A stretch of 64,000 nt of DNA from Chloroflexota bacterium (GTDB taxonomy: Bacteria; Chloroflexota; UBA11872; VXOZ01): positions 736,001 to 800,000 of the forward strand of contig OZ219801.1 of assembly GCA_964291655.2 (NCBI GenBank). The letters run 5' to 3'. Below, one piece after another: positions 40,523 to 50,529 of this stretch; the first letter of the stretch is position 1; every line of letters begins with the position of its first letter. A model generated the notes under the pieces. It worked only from the letters and a program-made list of their open reading frames with translations. It was not told where the DNA came from and searched no databases. Position numbers and translations under genes: made by a program.

Positions 40523-40915
40523 CTATGCCAGTGGCGCGACGGAAGCCCCTTCGCCTAGGCGCGCCAGAACCAGAGCCTGCAGGGCCGGCACATCCGGCGT
40601 CTCATTCAACTCGTCGGCAGAGACGAGAAGAGTGATTTCTTCTCCTGCTTCCACGTAGACGGCAGGCAGCTTCTCAGCCAAGAGAGGTGCGTGTCTTCCC
40701 GTTAGTTCATTGCGGTGAAGAAAGACTGCCGTCAGCGGCAGTTCCTGCACGAATCGCCGCCAAGCAGGCTTCATGCCAAGATTGCCGAACGTGATCTGGC
40801 ACAGACTACAGGGGTAGGTCTGGGGCGACACTATTTTGTGCACGTAGTCCTTGAGCTGCGCAATCACTCCGGAATCGGCGTTGTAAACGAAGAGTATCCG
40901 GCCGTCTCTTGCCAT
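40523..40915 (-). CDS. Conserved hypothetical protein (FVYNADSG…YPCSLC motif, thioredoxin-like)
   Basis: Recognisable conserved motif with CxxC. Confidence 0.75.
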   Translation of the reverse strand: MARDGRILFVYNADSGVIAQLKDYVHKIVSPQTYPCSLCQITFGNLGMKPAWRRFVQELPLTAVFLHRNELTGRHAPLLAEKLPAVYVEAGEEITLLVSADELNETPDVPALQALVLARLGEGASVAPLA

Positions 40916-41069
40916 CGGGCAACGCCTTCCTCTCAGCACGCACCTTACTCAGTGGCCGCCATTTCCACTTGTTTCCGCCGGGGCGCACTGTGCCTCAACG
41001 GGTGCACTGAAGCACCAAGCGGTCTCTTCTCAAAATCAAGCACATACCTGACAACCGTAATCCAGCTTG

Positions 41070-41915
41070 TCAGACAGTTTGCAGCGGCACAATGGAGTGG
41101 GAAGCGAGCGTCTCGTTGAGGGAACCCGAGCGGTAGCCCTGCATGTCAAGAGCCACGTACTTGAATCCGACCTCCTTGAGGGCCGCGACGATCTGTGTAT
41201 GAACGTCATTCTCAAAGAGCCGCAGCAGGTCTTCCGCCGGCGCCTCAATCCGCGCTATGTCGCCATGGTGGCGCACGCGCACCAGACGAAAGCCGAGCTT
41301 GTGTAAGTAGAGTTCTGCTTGGTCAACTTCGTGCAGCCTTTCCAGCGTGACGCGCATGCCGTAGGGAATGCGCGAGGCCAGACATGCACCGGCAGGCTTA
41401 TCCCACGTCGGTAGCCCAAGCTCCTTTGAGAGCTGCCGGACTTCATGTTTCTGGAGTTCGGCTTCCACCAACGGCGCGCGGGCATTGAGCAGCTTAGCCG
41501 CCTCCATGCCCGGGCGATGATCGCCAAGATCGTCCATGATGCCGCCGTAAATGATCGTGTCAAAGCCCTCTTCTTGGGCGATAACTTGCATTTCCGTGAA
41601 GAGTTCCTTCTTGCAGTGGAAACAGCGGTCGGGATTGTTGACGGCGTACTCTTCTCTTTCAAGCTCGTGGGTCTCGATGAGGCGATGCTCAATGCCGATC
41701 TCGGCCGCATAGACTTTCGCCTCTTCCAATTCAGTCGCCGGGTAGGTCGGCGAAAGCGCCGTAACGGCAACAGCGTCACGATCCAGCACGGCATAGGCAA
41801 CTTTCGCTAGAAAGGTGCTATCAACCCCTCCTGAGAAAGCGATGAGCGTCCGCCCCATACCTCTTATGAGTTGCGCGAGATTCTCATACTTTTCGTTGAG
41901 TGCTACCGTAGCCAT
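41070..41915 (-). CDS. larE: LarE-family ATP-dependent sulfur transferase (PP-loop)
   Basis: AFSGGVDS PP-loop, DRCFHCK, DHRPG, WDKPAGACLASRIPYG, GYRSGSLN. Confidence 0.92.
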   Translation of the reverse strand: MATVALNEKYENLAQLIRGMGRTLIAFSGGVDSTFLAKVAYAVLDRDAVAVTALSPTYPATELEEAKVYAAEIGIEHRLIETHELEREEYAVNNPDRCFHCKKELFTEMQVIAQEEGFDTIIYGGIMDDLGDHRPGMEAAKLLNARAPLVEAELQKHEVRQLSKELGLPTWDKPAGACLASRIPYGMRVTLERLHEVDQAELYLHKLGFRLVRVRHHGDIARIEAPAEDLLRLFENDVHTQIVAALKEVGFKYVALDMQGYRSGSLNETLASHSIVPLQTV

Positions 41916-42116
41916 CCATCAACCTCCCAGGGTCTTTCGTTTTGAATCCATCACCTTGCCGGAGCGACGGCCGGCGATTACGTAGGCTGCGCCTGCAAAT
42001 CGGTTCTGCACTATCATTCTACGTGAAACGAACCATTACCGCGCAGCGCACTAAAGGGGAGAGGCCTGGCAACGCACAGGATAACACACGTTAGAAGGTG
42101 CACTGTGGGATGCGCG

Positions 42117-42668
42117 CTAGAATATCTCATCCGGGTCGAGGGTAAAACCGTGCAGCGTGGGCGAAGTCAGATTTTGCCCGGGGCCGTAGATGCCCGTGAG
42201 GGCAAAGCCGCGTTCTGATAGCAGCAGCACCGTTACGGTCTTGGCATCGGGGTCCACCAGCCAGTACTCTTTTACGCCGTGTGCAGCGTAGAGATCTCGT
42301 TTGAACGTCCCGTCGCGCGCGGCGGTGGCGGGAGAGAGGATTTCGACCACTACGTCTGGCGCGCCGCGGACGTTGTCACCGTTGCGGAGCATGTGCTCTC
42401 GTTCCCTGGCAACAAAGAGCAAGTCAGGCTGGACGACGTCTGTGTTCGACAGCACTACGTCGCACGGCGCGGCAAAGACCTGTCCCAGACCTCTCTCCTG
42501 CACGAATACGTGGAAGAGCGCTCCGAGTTGCATAGCAACCCTTTGGTGGGATAGGCGTGGCGCCGGCGCCATCACTAACTCTCCGTCCAACAGTTCGTAA
42601 CGCTCATCGTCTGGGGTATTTCGGTAGTCGTCGTATGTCAATTTGATGGCGGGCGTAGAACTAGCCAT
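42117..42668 (-). CDS. Uma2 family (PD-(D/E)xK) endonuclease
   Basis: RYELLDGEL, VVQPDL, APDVVVEILSP, GVKEYWLVDP. Confidence 0.92.
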   Translation of the reverse strand: MASSTPAIKLTYDDYRNTPDDERYELLDGELVMAPAPRLSHQRVAMQLGALFHVFVQERGLGQVFAAPCDVVLSNTDVVQPDLLFVAREREHMLRNGDNVRGAPDVVVEILSPATAARDGTFKRDLYAAHGVKEYWLVDPDAKTVTVLLLSERGFALTGIYGPGQNLTSPTLHGFTLDPDEIF

Positions 42669-42860
42669 GTCTGCCCTCCTATCTGCGAAATCAACCGCGT
42701 ACGAATAGCGCTTTTAGCGACCGTGGACACAACCTTACTGCCATTCTATGCGAAACGAAGCCTTGCGGTCATGCGCGGCAAAGCGAGAATCTGCGCATAC
42801 CAAGGGCGGCACGGCAACGCCAGAGGACTCCGGCATATACGCTTGCCTTGCGCGGCTTCT

Positions 42861-43307
42861 TCACACCGTATCCGGCACAACCTGCAATGGTACGGCACCA
42901 ATCTCGCGTTGCCGTATCGTGTAGCCGCGCACGTCCGGTTCTGCCGGGTTCGCCAGCGAAATGACAACGTGCACTGCCCCCGGATACCGTTCGGCCAATT
43001 CGCCGTCGCCCATGTCGAACTCCGCTTCGGCTACGTCTGTCGCCGATGGATACGCCGGAGAGGCAATATGGGAATGGAATATTCCCACGATTTGCCAGTC
43101 TCGCTCGTATTCCACCGTACGTATGATGTGCAGCAGGTCCTCCGGATGTATAGTGAAGCGAATTGGGCTCGCCGCGGCATTCCGCGCCGGAAAAACCGCC
43201 AACACACTGCCGTCCGTACCGCCCAGCATACCGCAGCCTTCATTGGGCGCCTCGGCGCGCACGTGGGCGATCATCTCATCGATTTGCGTGGCCGTAATTC
43301 GTAGCAC
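42861..43307 (-). CDS. JAB/Mov34 (M67, Mec-like) metallopeptidase
   Basis: PNEGCG, FHSH…PSATD JAMM motif. Confidence 0.92.
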   Translation of the reverse strand: MLRITATQIDEMIAHVRAEAPNEGCGMLGGTDGSVLAVFPARNAAASPIRFTIHPEDLLHIIRTVEYERDWQIVGIFHSHIASPAYPSATDVAEAEFDMGDGELAERYPGAVHVVISLANPAEPDVRGYTIRQREIGAVPLQVVPDTV

Positions 43308-43385
43308 GGTCTACCAGCGTCTTACTTTTCTCATGTTTGTCGATGAGTTGCAGGATCTTCACCCGGACTTCTTGTGCCCCGCTGA

Positions 43386-44249
43386 CTACGAAACCGTACC
43401 GGAAGTCACGTCTAACGTTTGCTCCACGGCCGGCATGCCGCAAAATGCCTCGTAGTCGATCAACTCGGTAACTGTCGGGTTGTCGCCGCAAACTGGGCAC
43501 GCGGGATCGCGCCGCAGCTTGACCTCATGGAAAGAGAGCGCCAGCGCATCGAAGAGCAAGAGCCGGTTAGTCAACGTATCGCCAATCCCCAGCAGCAGCT
43601 TTGCGGTCTCTACGGCCTGGATGGAACCCACAATGCCGGGCAAGACTCCCAACACGCCAGCCTCAGAGCAAGAAGGCGCCATTTCCGGGGGCGGCGGTTC
43701 GGGATAGAGGCACCGATAGCAGCCTTTGCCGGGCTCGAACACCGTCGCCTGGCCCTCAAACCGGAAAATGCTGCCGTGCACGACCGGCTTACTCAAGAAG
43801 AGAGCCGCGTCGTTGACGAGGTACCGCGTGGGAAAGTTATCCGTGCCGTCTACAATCACGTCGTAGTCGGCAAAGACGTCCATCACGTTATCGGAATTAA
43901 GGTGATCGGTATGCGCGACCACGTTCACGTCGGGGTTAACTTCACGCAAGCGGTCCTGGGCGGAGGCTACTTTCAGCCTGCCCACATCGGAGTGTCCGTG
44001 GAGGATCTGTCGTTGTAAGTTGCTCAGGTCAACTTCGTCGAAGTCAACAATTCCCAGCGTGCCGACACCGGCCGCCGCCAAATAGAGCGCCGCAGGCGAG
44101 CCCAGGCCGCCTGCGCCAAGCAGCAGGACCTTGGCATTCATTAGCTTGCGCTGGCCGATCGGGCCAACCTCTGTCAATATAATGTGCCTGCTGTAGCGCT
44201 GTACCTGTTCCGGCGTAAAGAGACTACGCCGATTAGCAACCTTACTCAT
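43386..44249 (-). CDS. moeB: MoeB/ThiF family adenylyltransferase (E1-like), no rhodanese domain
   Basis: RYSRHI, GAGGLG, SNLQRQ, GTDNF, CYRC, CPVC. RBS AGGAGG before ATG 44249. Confidence 0.9.
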   Translation of the reverse strand: MSKVANRRSLFTPEQVQRYSRHIILTEVGPIGQRKLMNAKVLLLGAGGLGSPAALYLAAAGVGTLGIVDFDEVDLSNLQRQILHGHSDVGRLKVASAQDRLREVNPDVNVVAHTDHLNSDNVMDVFADYDVIVDGTDNFPTRYLVNDAALFLSKPVVHGSIFRFEGQATVFEPGKGCYRCLYPEPPPPEMAPSCSEAGVLGVLPGIVGSIQAVETAKLLLGIGDTLTNRLLLFDALALSFHEVKLRRDPACPVCGDNPTVTELIDYEAFCGMPAVEQTLDVTSGTVS

Positions 44250-44283
44250 GTGCTCCTCCTTCGTTCTCCTGCGTTGACTGGCA

Positions 44284-44721
44284 TTAGATATAGTATACGA
44301 TGCGCTCGCGCCGTTCTTTCTCACGAGCGACCAGATCGGCAATAGTGTGACGGCTCAAGATCGACTCCACCGCTGACTGCACTTCCTGCCACACTTCGCG
44401 TTGCCCGCATCCTGGCACCAACGAGCAGAAGGGTATGTTCTCCAGGCATTCAACCGGCGTAAACGGACCTTCCAGGGTAGAGACCACGAGTTCCATAGTG
44501 ATCTGATCCGGCGACCGCGCCAGTTCGTGCCCGCCCTGTGGGCCGCGAATGCTGCGCACAATGCCGGCCTTGCGCAGCGCGGTCAGCAGTTGGTCCAGAT
44601 ACGCTTCGGGTATGAACTGCCGCTGCGCGATCGCCGCGCTCTGCACAAGCCCTTGCCCGTAACGATGTCCCAAATCTACCACTGCGCGGACTGCATAGTC
44701 CGCTTTCATAGAAATTCGCAT
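44284..44721 (-). CDS. Rrf2 family transcriptional regulator (three-Cys, IscR/CymR-like)
   Basis: YAVRA, YLDQLL..L…GIVRSIRGPQGG, C-x6-C-x5-C. Confidence 0.93.
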   Translation of the reverse strand: MRISMKADYAVRAVVDLGHRYGQGLVQSAAIAQRQFIPEAYLDQLLTALRKAGIVRSIRGPQGGHELARSPDQITMELVVSTLEGPFTPVECLENIPFCSLVPGCGQREVWQEVQSAVESILSRHTIADLVAREKERRERIVYYI

Positions 44722-44752
44722 GACGGTCTTGCCCAATTAAATGCGTAACTAT

Positions 44753-44777
44753 TGTTAACTAATTCACTTAGTTAACA
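44753..44777. promoter_or_regulatory. Perfect palindrome, probable Rrf2 operator
   Basis: TGTTAACTAA-TTCAC-TTAGTTAACA about 30 bp upstream of the rrf2 start. Confidence 0.7.
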
Positions 44778-44979
44778 TGATACTCGCGGTGGTGCCAGCT
44801 TCGCAAGAGACAGGTGTTGAACTTCGCGCTGCGGCAGCCTAAGCCCGGCGGTTCGGAGGGAAACGAATGGCGCGCAAGACCTCGAGCCGTGGATAGGCCG
44901 GGTCCAAAATTCACGTATCTCATTTCGACATGAGACCGCAATGCGCGCCAGACTTAAGCGCCTGATGTGCGGCGTTGAC

Positions 44980-46887
44980 TTATTCCGAACTGGTTCCCGC
45001 CGCAGCGGCAGCGGCTTGCTCAGCGGGAGAGGCGTCCGCAGTCGCCGGACTCACCGCAACGCCATCTGAATCCTCCGCTGGATCTCCATCGACCGAGGGC
45101 GTAGGTGATTCTGCGGGCTTCTGTGGCCCTCTGACCCGATCGACCAGACGGCGCAGTTGTTGGTCGTCCGGAGCCACTGCAACACCCGCTTCCCCTACCG
45201 CCAAGGCTTCAGCCTCATTGTCAGTCTCTAAGTGCGTCCATACGAGCATTCGGTAGAGAAACGCCTGCGCATGCGAATCGTCTGCCCGCTTTGCAATTTC
45301 CAGCCCCTGCGAAAACTGTTCAAGAGCGTCCACGAACTTGCCCCGCTCGTAGCAAATGCGGCCGAGCACGGCGACAGGCGCGTAGTTATCGGGGTTATCC
45401 AGCACAAGCTGTTCCGCCATCATGGCTGCGCGCGTGTGCTCGCCTGCCACGGCGAGTTGCTGAGCAAAGGCGAGCGCAGCGTCCAGGTTGTCCGGCTCTT
45501 GTTGGGTCGCCTGCTCCAAAGCGGCCAAGGACTCTTGGTGCTCGCCCTTAAGCATGTGTTGCAGCGCAGTTGCCATTCCCGTGGTTGCCGATGAAGTTGC
45601 CACCGCAGGTTTTGCAGGTTCCTTTTCCTTTTCCTGAGCCTCCACATTTGCGGGCGGCTCAGGCTGGGGTCGTTTCCGCCCACCGCTTTCACGAACTGGT
45701 GTGTCTGACGCACCCCGCGAAGTTGCTTTTGCCGTGCCCGTGTCAGAGCGTGGCTGGCGGGCCGGCGGCGACGCCTGTCGCGGTCGCGTCCCCCGTCCCC
45801 GCTGGCGTGCGGCGTCGTCGCCGCGAGTAGATTGGCCGTTGCTGCTCTTGGCGGCGCGCTCCAGCTCTTGCTTCCGAGATTGAACATCCTTATAGCGGCT
45901 GTCCAAATTGCCGCAGCGGGTATAGGCTTCGAGTGCCTTATCCGGTGCGCCCAGTTTTTCGTACACTTGGCCGAGGTCGTAGTAGATCTCCGCATCGTCA
46001 TCCTGCTGACGCACCACGTCTTCGAGTTCATTCGCAGCATCAGAATTCCGCCCCAAGGCGGAAAGGGTAAGCGCCAGCCGATGCCGGTAGCGCGCCTGAC
46101 GCGGCATCAATCGCACTGCCTGCGAGAAGTGGTTCAGCGCTCGCGACAATTCGCTGCGATCGAAGGAATTGCGACCGAGGCTATACAGCCGGGCAGCCAG
46201 CATATTGCGATCAACGTGCGTATCCAGGGTTTCACCGAGCGGCAATTCCGGCTGATCGAATTGCGCCTGTTCCGTGCGGCGCTTCTCATTCTCGATCACC
46301 AGCGAGAGCAGCAGCCCCAGGTCGATGTATCCGTCTGCGACAAGCTTCAAGCCGGGATCGCTACCCACGCCAAAGTTGCCTACCATTACTTGGACGCCGC
46401 GGTCACGGAGCCGGGAAAACACCGGAATGAAGTCCCCGTCTCCGGTCAGCGCGAACGCCTTGTCATAGAAACCTACAAAGTCGAGCATGTCCAGCGACAT
46501 CTCGATGTCCAGATTGCCTTTGTAGCCCCCTCCCGGCAGCTCTTTAGACCGCTTATGGACCACACGAAAGCCGTGGGTTACCAGATAGTCAAGCTGCTGG
46601 CGAAAGCCCTCTACCCGCAAGTCCGTGCCCGTATAGTAATAAGCTCCCAGGAGCGTATCGTCTCCTCGGAGCTGGTCTCGAATTAGGTGCCACGGCACGC
46701 GCATGATGCCGATGTCTCGGGCTTGGCGTTCGATGTTGGCCGCATCGATGAAAATCATCAGGCGATGCGGCTTTGTAGACTGAAGGGGTGTACCGATTGC
46801 GGATTTTAGCGATTCTAGCGGGTGCCCGCAGGCAATACAGATGAGGCTACTGCCTCTGTTCAAACTCCCACACGTAGGACAATTCAT
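44980..46887 (-). CDS. Zn-ribbon + NYN (LabA/DUF88) domain + TPR repeat protein
   Basis: CPTC…CIAC, FIDAANI, KGNLDIEMSLD, TGDGDF, two TPR clusters separated by a low-complexity linker. Confidence 0.85.
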   Translation of the reverse strand: MNCPTCGSLNRGSSLICIACGHPLESLKSAIGTPLQSTKPHRLMIFIDAANIERQARDIGIMRVPWHLIRDQLRGDDTLLGAYYYTGTDLRVEGFRQQLDYLVTHGFRVVHKRSKELPGGGYKGNLDIEMSLDMLDFVGFYDKAFALTGDGDFIPVFSRLRDRGVQVMVGNFGVGSDPGLKLVADGYIDLGLLLSLVIENEKRRTEQAQFDQPELPLGETLDTHVDRNMLAARLYSLGRNSFDRSELSRALNHFSQAVRLMPRQARYRHRLALTLSALGRNSDAANELEDVVRQQDDDAEIYYDLGQVYEKLGAPDKALEAYTRCGNLDSRYKDVQSRKQELERAAKSSNGQSTRGDDAARQRGRGTRPRQASPPARQPRSDTGTAKATSRGASDTPVRESGGRKRPQPEPPANVEAQEKEKEPAKPAVATSSATTGMATALQHMLKGEHQESLAALEQATQQEPDNLDAALAFAQQLAVAGEHTRAAMMAEQLVLDNPDNYAPVAVLGRICYERGKFVDALEQFSQGLEIAKRADDSHAQAFLYRMLVWTHLETDNEAEALAVGEAGVAVAPDDQQLRRLVDRVRGPQKPAESPTPSVDGDPAEDSDGVAVSPATADASPAEQAAAAAAGTSSE

Positions 46888-47517
46888 TACAATACGTCGT
46901 GCCTCACTCTTCCAAATTCCCTTGAATAATAGGGGTCACGTGTCCGGCGTGCCCTTAGCAGGTATGATACCACAGTTCAATCCATGTAGTGCCGCGGCGG
47001 GCGCAGCGGCTATGCCCTTCGATCAATGCAACGGTAAACACGTCGTACTATTCGGTGGAACGATTGACTTGCCTAAAACCCCGATTGCTTTCCGTTGACC
47101 GACAGGACTCGAGGCGGTAGCATTGAGGCGCGCTTTACCATCTGGCGATCGGTAGGGACGCTAAGGCCTATGAAAACGCGTCAATTGGCTTGCTAGCCAC
47201 ATTGAATTCTCGAGTGAGATTAGGCTAGTCCCGATTCAAGGCGCCTGGCCGACTGTACGAGCGAGTTCAAGTCTCTCTTAATTCCGCTTACTTGAAGTTG
47301 GTGGTTGCCATGTCGAATAGTCCGTCTAAGGCGTTCTCTTCTCATTTGGAAACACATCTATTACACATCAAGTCAGGAATCTCCAGACGATGCTTGCGCA
47401 ATAACTGTTGACTTCAAGGCCTTCAAAGAGGATCCGGAGGAACTCCGGCTTGGGCCAACGCTTCTAACTTGAGGAAACACAAATCTGAGAATCATAAACT
47501 GAAGACCAGAGGAAATC

Positions 47518-48687
47518 TTGGACACTAGAAACCAGAGCTGGACTAGTCTGCTGAAACAAGAAGGGCCCGACTTCCTAGCATGGTTAAGGACCCAGCGAAC
47601 CCTATCAAGAAAGTTCGACGTATTGTCGAAAGCTCTATCGACACTCTTGCAGAACTGTATTCGCACACCAGAGCAAGCCGCGGATGTTTGGAAGGCCGTG
47701 CCAGCGGTGATTGAACGCTGTAACGAAAGGGAAACCTATGAAATGCCCGGAGCCGCGTGCGCTTACGCGTGGCTTCACTTGCTTGACCGATACGTCCGAA
47801 CGTGGTTTGCCTTGGAACTGCTCGTAGAGAAACATTGTCTTCCGATGGGGAAGAAAGGAGTACGTGCATTGGATGTAGGCACCGGGCCTGGTCCATCCGC
47901 ATTCGCTATTCACGACTTCTATGCCTCAATGGTCGAGTTTTCTCAGACGCTTTCTCAGACGCGGGATGATTCCAAGTGGCGACAACCATCGCATGTAACC
48001 TGTGTCGAATTTGATGGGAGTACCAACCACTTTAGACATCTCCTCGCTGAGGTGATTTTCGAGCAGGCCCAACGCGAATCCGAAGGGGTCCTTGCGATGT
48101 GTGGCAACTTGGCGGACTTCGGAGAGGTAGAGCCTACGCGAGAGCGTATGGAGCATTTTCAGGCTCTAAGTAACGCCGAGGAAACGTATTTTGATGAAGT
48201 AAGAGGCGAATGGACTTCGGACCTGTTGTACTTGCCGTACGAAGCCAACTACATCGCTCAATCTCAGCACCGATACCGCCTAATCACGTTCAGCAACTTC
48301 CTTACTACTGTGAAGACCGCGAAGTGCTTTAAACCAAACTTAGTTGATATATTTTGCGATGCAGCGCCAGGAACCGTGTTGCTAGTACTCGGAGGGACAG
48401 GAGGCCCCTATCCCGAGGTATACCAATACACAGACCAGTTAGCCGAGCCAGCGGGTTTTGAACTGGGAATTCATGACGAAACTGTATCTTGTGCAGGTAG
48501 CGAGTTTGCATGCCGAGTTTATGAAGAGGGACGTCAGTTCTACGAGTTCCTCCAAGGACTTTCGCCAAACAAGGATGCCGCGACAAAGTGTGTTCGTGAC
48601 GAATTCGAAGGGCGAAAGGCAGTTCATTTCTCTTGCAGTGGGGTACGAGTATATCGGAAACATTGGTACGCAAAGGGTAAGAATTGA
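47518..48687 (+). CDS. Orphan hypothetical protein with a class I SAM-binding motif; atypical composition
   Basis: ALDVGTGPG, LITFSNFL…APGTVLLVLGG. Start uncertain (TTG). Confidence 0.65.
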   Translation: MDTRNQSWTSLLKQEGPDFLAWLRTQRTLSRKFDVLSKALSTLLQNCIRTPEQAADVWKAVPAVIERCNERETYEMPGAACAYAWLHLLDRYVRTWFALELLVEKHCLPMGKKGVRALDVGTGPGPSAFAIHDFYASMVEFSQTLSQTRDDSKWRQPSHVTCVEFDGSTNHFRHLLAEVIFEQAQRESEGVLAMCGNLADFGEVEPTRERMEHFQALSNAEETYFDEVRGEWTSDLLYLPYEANYIAQSQHRYRLITFSNFLTTVKTAKCFKPNLVDIFCDAAPGTVLLVLGGTGGPYPEVYQYTDQLAEPAGFELGIHDETVSCAGSEFACRVYEEGRQFYEFLQGLSPNKDAATKCVRDEFEGRKAVHFSCSGVRVYRKHWYAKGKN

Positions 48688-48899
48688 GCAAATCGCGTCA
48701 ACAGGACTTGAGGGCGACCATTCTTTCGCGACCTCTCAAGGCTTCCTGCACAACAGCCCAGCACACTTGGTGACTTTAGTCCAAACTTACATGCTAGTCA
48801 TTTAGTGTAGCAATACCATCCACTAGAGAGTTCGAATTCCCGTCCCACTAGGCCCCTGGAGTCTCGCAACCTACGAGATTTCCAACTAAAGGAGTTTCG

Positions 48900-49769
48900 A
48901 TGATGTCCGCGCAGAAACTCTACAAAGTTGGCGTCACCGGCTATCCCCTTTCACATACGCTCTCCCCTGCCTTTCAACAGCCGGCGTTCGACCACTACGG
49001 TATACCGGCTACGTACCGCACGTACCCTGTGACAGCGGCAGAATTGCCGTCATTGACCGCCGCGATGCGCAGCGCGGAGTGGCTGGGGCTCAACGTGACC
49101 ATTCCGCATAAAGAAGCCGTGGCTGCCCTGGTTGACCGTTGCACTCCTACTGCTGAAAACATAGGCGCCGTCAATACGCTCTTCAAAGACAGCGGGAGCC
49201 TCATCGGCGACAACACCGATGCTTACGGCTTCTTGACTGCGTTGCGGACGGACGGTGCTACCGACCCCGCAGGCGCAAAGGTGGTCGTGTTGGGCGCAGG
49301 CGGAGCGGGACGCGCCGTGCTCGTGGCGCTTGCGCAGGGCGGCGCTGCGCAAATCACACTTGCCAACCGGCACCGCGAGCGTGCCGAAGGTCTCTTGAGC
49401 GCCCTTGAAGAATCGCTGAGCGCCCAGGACTGCAATGTGGTGGACTGGGCCAGCACGGCGCTGCACCAAGCTGCGGCAGCGGCAGACATCATCGTAAACT
49501 CCACCGCCGTGGGCATGTCCAAGGGGCCCGCGCCGGAGCTGTCACCTCTGCCCTCGCACGTGTTCCAAGGAAACCAGTTCGTATTCGACCTCGTCTACAC
49601 TCCCAGCCACACGCCCCTGCTACGCCATGCCCAAGAGGGAGGGGCACGCACCCTGGACGGCCTCCCAATGCTCGTCTATCAAGGCGCCGCGGCCTTCGAA
49701 CGCTGGACAGCAAAGCCCGCGCCCCTTAAACTGATGAAGGCCAAGGCACTGGCCGCGCTTAGTGCGTGA
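48900..49769 (+). CDS. aroE: Shikimate dehydrogenase
   Basis: GYPLSHTLSP, GLNVTIPHK, GAVNT, GDNTD, GAGGAG, DLVY. Confidence 0.96.
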   Translation: MMSAQKLYKVGVTGYPLSHTLSPAFQQPAFDHYGIPATYRTYPVTAAELPSLTAAMRSAEWLGLNVTIPHKEAVAALVDRCTPTAENIGAVNTLFKDSGSLIGDNTDAYGFLTALRTDGATDPAGAKVVVLGAGGAGRAVLVALAQGGAAQITLANRHRERAEGLLSALEESLSAQDCNVVDWASTALHQAAAAADIIVNSTAVGMSKGPAPELSPLPSHVFQGNQFVFDLVYTPSHTPLLRHAQEGGARTLDGLPMLVYQGAAAFERWTAKPAPLKLMKAKALAALSA

Positions 49770-49854
49770 TGCTCGGTATTTGACTGCCCATGAGCACTGG
49801 AAGAAAGAACTGAGTTTGCCTGCTTTGGGTAACTAAAACAGATAAGTCAATCTC

Positions 49855-50487
49855 ATGCCAATTGACCATGGATCAGTGGACCCGGTTGCAAAGCTCGTCG
49901 ACTCAATTGACGGTTCATTTGGTACGATACTTGCTGACCCTCCCTGGAGATTCAATAACCGCACAGGCAGAGTAGCTCCAGAATATCGCCGCCTCCCTCG
50001 CTATTCGTCAATGTCCATCCATGAGATTTTGACTCTTCCCGTACGTGAGTTTGCACTTGAAAACTGCCATCTATATCTGTGGGTTCCAAATGCTCTAATA
50101 CAACAGGGCTTGTCTGTCATGGAACAATGGGGTTTCCAATACAAAACAAACATCGTCTGGTATAAGACTCGTAAAGATGGCGGGCCAGACGGACGCGGAG
50201 TTGGCTTCTATTTTAGAAATGTCACTGAATTGGTTCTCTTTGGAGTTCGTGGGAACATACGTACACTGGAGCCAGGCAGGAGACAGGTCAACATCGTAAT
50301 GAGTCAAAAACGTGAACACTCCCGAAAGCCAGACGAACTATACGACATAATTGAGCAGTGCAGTCCCGGCCCTTACCTAGAATTGTTCGCACGACACGCT
50401 CGGCCAGGATGGGTTCAATGGGGAAACGAGGTTAGCCACAGGTTAGCGACACTAGACAAGAGTGCCAACTCATCGAATAGCACCTAA
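49855..50487 (+). CDS. MT-A70 family N6-adenine methyltransferase
   Basis: ILADPPW, HLYLW, WGF.YKT..VW.K, REHSRKP, YLELFAR…GW..WGNE. Confidence 0.93.
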   Translation: MPIDHGSVDPVAKLVDSIDGSFGTILADPPWRFNNRTGRVAPEYRRLPRYSSMSIHEILTLPVREFALENCHLYLWVPNALIQQGLSVMEQWGFQYKTNIVWYKTRKDGGPDGRGVGFYFRNVTELVLFGVRGNIRTLEPGRRQVNIVMSQKREHSRKPDELYDIIEQCSPGPYLELFARHARPGWVQWGNEVSHRLATLDKSANSSNST

Positions 50488-50529
50488 GCTGTCAATTATG
50501 CTGATGCGAATACCTTAGACTTTCGTCGT

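Noticed and set aside
42117-42668. Uma2 endonuclease as a defence gene
   Set aside because: Stand-alone Uma2 genes are commonly expanded in such genomes and no partner genes are present.
42861-44249. E1 + JAB pair as a ubiquitin-like antiphage system (CBASS Cap2/Cap3, Bil)
   Set aside because: No E2, cyclase or Ubl gene. The sequences are canonical MoeB and Mec types under an Rrf2 regulator with host-like composition.
47215-47290. tRNA-like T-arm GCGAGTTCAAGTCTCTC at the left edge of the AT-rich insert (weaker GAGAGTTCGAATTCC at ~48826)
   Set aside because: No acceptor, D or anticodon stems could be built and the two sites are not direct repeats. They could be decayed remnants but are not supportable as tRNA or att sites.
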